Origin: Candidatus Latescibacterota bacterium
GTDB taxonomy: Bacteria > Latescibacterota > CBDEFO01
Length of the DNA: 64,000 nucleotides
Direction of reading: 5' to 3'
Assembly (NCBI GenBank): GCA_965237525.1
Contig: CBDEFO010000008.1
Location: forward strand, 1,600,001 to 1,664,000
The notes below the pieces were generated by a model. It saw only the letters and a list, made by a program, of their open reading frames with translations, was not told the origin of the DNA and ran no database searches. Positions 59,908 through 64,000 of this stretch are shown one piece after another; the stretch's first letter is position 1, and the number at the start of each line of letters is the position of its first letter. The position numbers were made by a program, and so were the translations under genes.

Positions 59908-60585
59908 GTGGGTAACGATCTTCCCGAATATGTGATAAAAAGAGCGAACAGTCCTGTAAGAATAGACGGCGTCCTTGATGAGGAGGATTGGAAGGCGTGC
60001 AGGAGCGTGGGGGACTTTAAGTTTCCCTGGCATAAGCAAGGTGAAAAGGAACATACCGTAACCAAGCTCTTATGGGACGATGAGTATCTCTACGTGAGTT
60101 ATTATTGCTACGACAGACATATATCGGCGTACGCGACAGAGAGAAATGGTCCTGTATATAGGGACGATTGCGTCGAGATATTTGTGAGCCCCGATTCCGG
60201 GAACGTGGAGAATTATTATACTTTTGAGATGAACTGCGTAGGAACGAGATTGAATCAGATCGTCGTGGACTGGCTCTTTGGGGAGCAGTTATGGTGGAAT
60301 CCACAGGGTGTCCTGTTAGGTCACTCTGTGGATGGTCCAACCAAAGATGAATCTCCCGACGACCGCTTCTGGACTATTGAGCTTGCGGTCCCTCTGTTCA
60401 ACTATAAGAGGGATGCTCCTCATATTCCTCCTGAAGATGGGGACGAATGGAGAGTAGGATTGAACAGATGCGGCGGAGTTAAAAATCAGCAATACAGCAT
60501 GTGGTCTCCAGGGGACACGGCTGGGCCCAATTTTCACGTTCCTCGATACTTTGGAAGGATGTTCTTCTCCTCGGAAAGAGTTTAG
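59908..60585 (+). CDS. Carbohydrate-binding family 9-like (DOMON) protein
   Basis: IDGVLDEEDW, LLWDDEYLYV, DDCVEIF, WTIELAVP, FHVP. Confidence 0.85.
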   Translation: MGNDLPEYVIKRANSPVRIDGVLDEEDWKACRSVGDFKFPWHKQGEKEHTVTKLLWDDEYLYVSYYCYDRHISAYATERNGPVYRDDCVEIFVSPDSGNVENYYTFEMNCVGTRLNQIVVDWLFGEQLWWNPQGVLLGHSVDGPTKDESPDDRFWTIELAVPLFNYKRDAPHIPPEDGDEWRVGLNRCGGVKNQQYSMWSPGDTAGPNFHVPRYFGRMFFSSERV

Positions 60586-60654
60586 GAGGACCATTACAGA
60601 CAGCATGATTAGATCAGAGCTTCATCAGAGCTTCAGTAGAAAAGGAGTCGAGCT

Positions 60655-61488
60655 GTGGAAAAGATGGCAATCGGCACAATTATAAGTTTAGGAGACGATC
60701 CTGCGGGAAATCTGAACAGAGTCAAAGAGAGGCTGGGTCTTACGAATGTGCAGGTTTTGTGTCCACCTGACGAGTTCTATAGAGGGGAGAAGAAAGAGGA
60801 ACTTATCCGGACTATAAATGATTCGGGAGTTACGATCACGACTATGTTCCTGCATTTTGAAGGGGAAAGTTACTCTGACATTCTGACAATCAGAGAGATG
60901 GTCGGTTTTCTAAATCCCAAGTTCAGGGATGAGCGCCTCCAAATATCCTTCAGGATTTCGGATCTAGCGAGGGAATTGGGAATAGATAAGATAGCAGCTC
61001 ATATAGGTTTCATACCCGAAGGTCCGAACGATTCCAACTATTTGCCTATGGTCGAGGCAGTAAGAAAACTTGCGGATCACTGCGCGGCTAACGGGCAGGA
61101 TTTCTGCCTCGAGACGGGCCAGGAGGTGGCTCTTGTGCTCCTAAGGTTCATAAAGGATGTGGACAGACATAATCTGAAGGTGAACTTCGATCCTGGAAAT
61201 ATGGTCCTATACGGATCGGGAGACCCGATTGAGGCTCTGGATATGGTGAAGGATTACGTGGTAAGCGTGCACGCCAAGGACGGAAAGTGGCCTCAAAATG
61301 AGGGCGAATTGGGGACGGAGTATCCCTTAGGCGAGGGCGACGTCGGTATGGACAGGTTTATCGCAACACTCAAGGAGATAGGATATGAAGGTCCTATAAC
61401 TATCGAAAGGGAAATCACAGGAGAACAGCAGATGAAGGATATCCTGTCTGCGATAGACCTTTTGGAGGAGTTGAAAAAGAACGCATAA
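60655..61488 (+). CDS. Sugar phosphate isomerase/epimerase (TIM barrel)
   Basis: LETGQE, VNFDPGN, HAKDG, GEGDV, IERE. Confidence 0.9.
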   Translation: MEKMAIGTIISLGDDPAGNLNRVKERLGLTNVQVLCPPDEFYRGEKKEELIRTINDSGVTITTMFLHFEGESYSDILTIREMVGFLNPKFRDERLQISFRISDLARELGIDKIAAHIGFIPEGPNDSNYLPMVEAVRKLADHCAANGQDFCLETGQEVALVLLRFIKDVDRHNLKVNFDPGNMVLYGSGDPIEALDMVKDYVVSVHAKDGKWPQNEGELGTEYPLGEGDVGMDRFIATLKEIGYEGPITIEREITGEQQMKDILSAIDLLEELKKNA

Positions 61489-61617
61489 AAAAAATAGTGA
61501 TCAGTCAGAAGAAAAGAGTACATCAACCTCCTGTATTCAGACTACAATTTTGAATCTCTAAACATTGTTCGGACTATCTTGACCTGGTATTTGATTGAAG
61601 ATTGGAGGCGGTTAAAA

Positions 61618-62076
61618 ATGCTTGAAGTAGGAGACAAGGCTCCCGATTTTACGTTGATGTCAGCGGATAATAAAGCGGTTTCTCTGCAGGACTTTCAGGA
61701 CAGAGCCAAGGTAGTGCTCTACTTCTATCCTAAAGACGATACTCCGGGATGCACGAAGGAGGCCTGCTCGTTCAGAGACAATTTAGAGCCCATAGAGTCC
61801 AAAGGAGCGGTGATTTTGGGGATCAGCCCGGATGGGGTAGATGCCCACAGCGACTTTGCGAAGAAGTATAACCTCCCATTTACCTTGCTTTCCGACCCGG
61901 ACAAGGTAGTTGCAGATGCCTACGGGGTCTACAAAGAAAGGACAATGTACGGCAAGAAAAGCATGGGCATAGAGCGGAGCACGTTCATCATTGGAAAAGA
62001 GGGGAATATAGAGCACATCTTCAGAAGAGTACGGGTGGACGGACATACTCAAAAAGTTCTTGAAAAGCTGGCCTAA
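61618..62076 (+). CDS. bcp: Thioredoxin-dependent thiol peroxidase
   Basis: YFYPKDDTPGCTKEAC; GGAGG before ATG 61618. Confidence 0.93.
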   Translation: MLEVGDKAPDFTLMSADNKAVSLQDFQDRAKVVLYFYPKDDTPGCTKEACSFRDNLEPIESKGAVILGISPDGVDAHSDFAKKYNLPFTLLSDPDKVVADAYGVYKERTMYGKKSMGIERSTFIIGKEGNIEHIFRRVRVDGHTQKVLEKLA

Positions 62077-62180
62077 GCTGGAGGATGAAAATCAGTATAG
62101 ACCAGTAAGAGCGAACCCATGAGGGGGCAGCGGACAGTGGGAAGTGGCAACACTCTGGGAAGGGTTCGCCGGTAATCTCA

Positions 62181-62206
62181 GGGCAGACGTGCGTGTCTGC
62201 CCCTAC
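62181..62206 (-). repeat. GTAG-type REP hairpin
   Basis: GTAGGGGCAGACAC-GCAC-GTCTGCCC on the minus strand. Confidence 0.7.
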
Positions 62207-62218
62207 AGGGAGTTGGAT

Positions 62219-63610
62219 ATGAAGAGATGTATCCTCATTACATTCCTGCTTGTAGGGAGCCTATTACCCCCTTTTTCTGCACGGGGACAGACGCTGAGTA
62301 AGTTAAGGCTACTCTACACCACGCAGGGCAAGGGAGAGTTAGAACCCTGTGGGTGAAAGAAAGCACCGCTTGGCGGTCTTGCCAGGCGAGCCACTTTCAT
62401 AGACAGCCTGAGATCCGTCAGCGCGTCTTTATTGCTCGTGGATGCTGGGGGGGCGCTGTTTCAAAATTTCCTCATCCCTGACCATCTTCAGGAGCAGTGG
62501 TTAAAGAAGGCGGCTGTGGTCAAACGGACTTACCTCGATATGGGATACGATGCAGTTAACGTGGGTCTTCTTGATCTGGCTGAGGGAGTCTCTTTTTTAG
62601 CTGAGGCTGATGGTGCAAAATCTTTGCCCTTAGTATCAGCAAACCTGGTACAAAAGGATTCAAAAGAACCCCTTTTCGACCCTTATTTGATCAAGACCGT
62701 AAATGGCATAAAATTCGGCATCTTCGGCCTTTTGGAGGATGAATTTTCATATATCCAAAAGATGGAAGACGGTCTTGTAATTGAGGACCCCATAGAAGCT
62801 GCAAGACAAACGGTCCAATTACTCAGGGGGACGTGCGATTTCATTGTCGCCTTGGTGGATTTAAGGCAAGAAGTGACGGTCAGACTGGCGTACAAGGTCC
62901 CTGGAATCGACATCATTATCGGAGGGTCTGACAGCAAGCCCATTCGGAATCCTTCCGAGTACAACGGAGCGTTGCCCTTACACGCAGGTTCACAGGGCAA
63001 GTATATAGGACAGTTGGAACTGATCCAGCAAGATCCCGCTTTCCCAAATCGCAGAACCCTTGGGAGCTACAGTTACATACACACTCTGACCGCTCTGGAC
63101 AAAAATATCAAGAGCTATCCGAAAATACAGGCCATGGTAGATCGGTACAAGGCCGAGATTCGTCAGATAGAGCAGGCCAGATTAATAACAGACAAGGATG
63201 CAGTGGAGGTGGAGGGTCTCAGGTTCGTGAGCGATCTTGAGTGTCGAATGTGTCACGAGGGCAGGTACGAGTTCTGGCTGTCGACCCCGCATGCACGCGC
63301 TTATCAGACCTTGCAAAAGGCAGGTCAGGAGTTGGACCCCGAATGCATCGGCTGTCACACTGTCGGCTACCTTACAAGTGGAGGGTTTTGGCATCCCAAT
63401 CAAGTGGGGAATCTCAAAGACGTCCAGTGCGAATCGTGTCACGGCGCCGGGAGCCAGCACCTGGAGGGGGACATAGAGCAGATGCGCTCCCGGACTGTCA
63501 AAGAGAGCGCCTGTCTTTTCTGTCATACAGATGAGCGCGATGATCATTTTAATTTCGCTGCCACGTTTATGAACGTATGTCAGGATCCCTCCCGAACAAG
63601 TAGACAGTAG
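62219..63610 (+). CDS. Secreted UshA-like selenoprotein fused to a tetraheme cytochrome c (Sec at TGA 62354-62356; 463 aa)
   Basis: Signal peptide; GELEPCG-TGA-KKAPLGGLARRAT continues in frame into ORF 62432; SECIS-like hairpin; CRMCH, CIGCH, CESCH, CLFCH. Confidence 0.85.
62357..62392 (+). promoter_or_regulatory. Putative bacterial SECIS element
   Basis: GCTTGGC-GGTCTT-GCCAGGC stem-loop with a G-led apical loop starting 19 nt after the UGA. Confidence 0.6.
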
Positions 63611-63618
63611 CCCCCGAA

Positions 63619-63639
63619 CCACGATAGACTCAACCGGGG
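63619..63639 (-). repeat. 21-bp palindrome copy 8 (degenerate)
   Basis: CCACGATAGACTCAACCGGGG, preceded by AGTAGACAGTAGCCCCCGA as at 5891. Confidence 0.7.
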
Positions 63640-63938
63640 CTAGACAGGGCAGCGCCTCCCCTCCCTCTGCACTGACCTTTTCTTGCGACCATGCCTACCT
63701 TTTTGCTTTTCTGAATCCTCTCACCAGATTTCACTTGGCTTTTGTCCTTATATTTGCTATAATTTATACTGAGATCTTTAATCCAGATCATGTGTGGAAG
63801 GTGATTCCGGCAATTTAAACCTTTTGGCCACAAGATCCAGGACATTGCGAAACCGTGTGGAGTTTGAACACGGTGAAAAGGTGGACATCAAGAATTTGGA
63901 CTACAGACTCAGCAAGCCCTTGATTTGGTGGTGAGGGC

Positions 63939-64000
63939 ATGAAAGATACTCTCACCAAAGAAAAAGTCTTGCAAATATTGAGAGAGGAACTGCCGTATTT
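63939..64000 (+). CDS. Partial ORF, possibly an MNT-type nucleotidyltransferase
   Basis: MKDTLTKEKVLQILREELPY resembles MNT N-termini; truncated by the window edge. Confidence 0.35.
   Translation, partial: MKDTLTKEKVLQILREELPY

Noticed and set aside
61618..62076. Other selenoproteins (bcp, molybdo-enzyme, AOR)
   Set aside because: Their catalytic positions are Cys codons and no in-frame TGA with continuing homology was seen

Overview
Bacterial chromosomal window, probably from an uncultured FCB-group lineage (Latescibacterota-like). This is inferred from a dockerin/cohesin/FlgD-Ig protein, a C-terminal TWGxIK motif, a short Bacteroidota-type sigma-70 and a divergent 16S; no database search was run. 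The core (20.6-47.9 kb) holds hom-thrC-lysC-asd, a complete rRNA operon (16S, tRNA-Ile, tRNA-Ala, 23S, 5S), thiolase-hbd-crotonase, lepA-lepB, citrate synthase, hemW, thrB, galU and selB. The right part has copA, an S55 peptidase/beta-propeller pair, sigma-70, archease and bcp. Accessory or decaying DNA includes an AT-rich DUF559-nuclease/RecQ island, an IS3 remnant, an IS1182 copy inside a dnaJ-like gene, aldolase and symporter pseudogenes, and a cold-shock-domain/Zn-ribbon gene. The best signals missed by the ORF track are: (1) a secreted CGU selenoprotein fusing a metal-ligand-less UshA fold to a tetraheme cytochrome c, with a SECIS-like hairpin and selB in the same window; (2) a lone integron-type gene cassette with a perfectly complementary attC core; (3) eight copies of a 21-bp palindrome nested in other REP-like repeats, one read in-frame in a signal peptide; (4) a ~125-nt structured insertion in 23S helix 45; (5) a probable tandem Hfq/Sm-fold + PC4 + UVR operon. 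Several single-base frameshifts and noisy duplications may be assembly errors.
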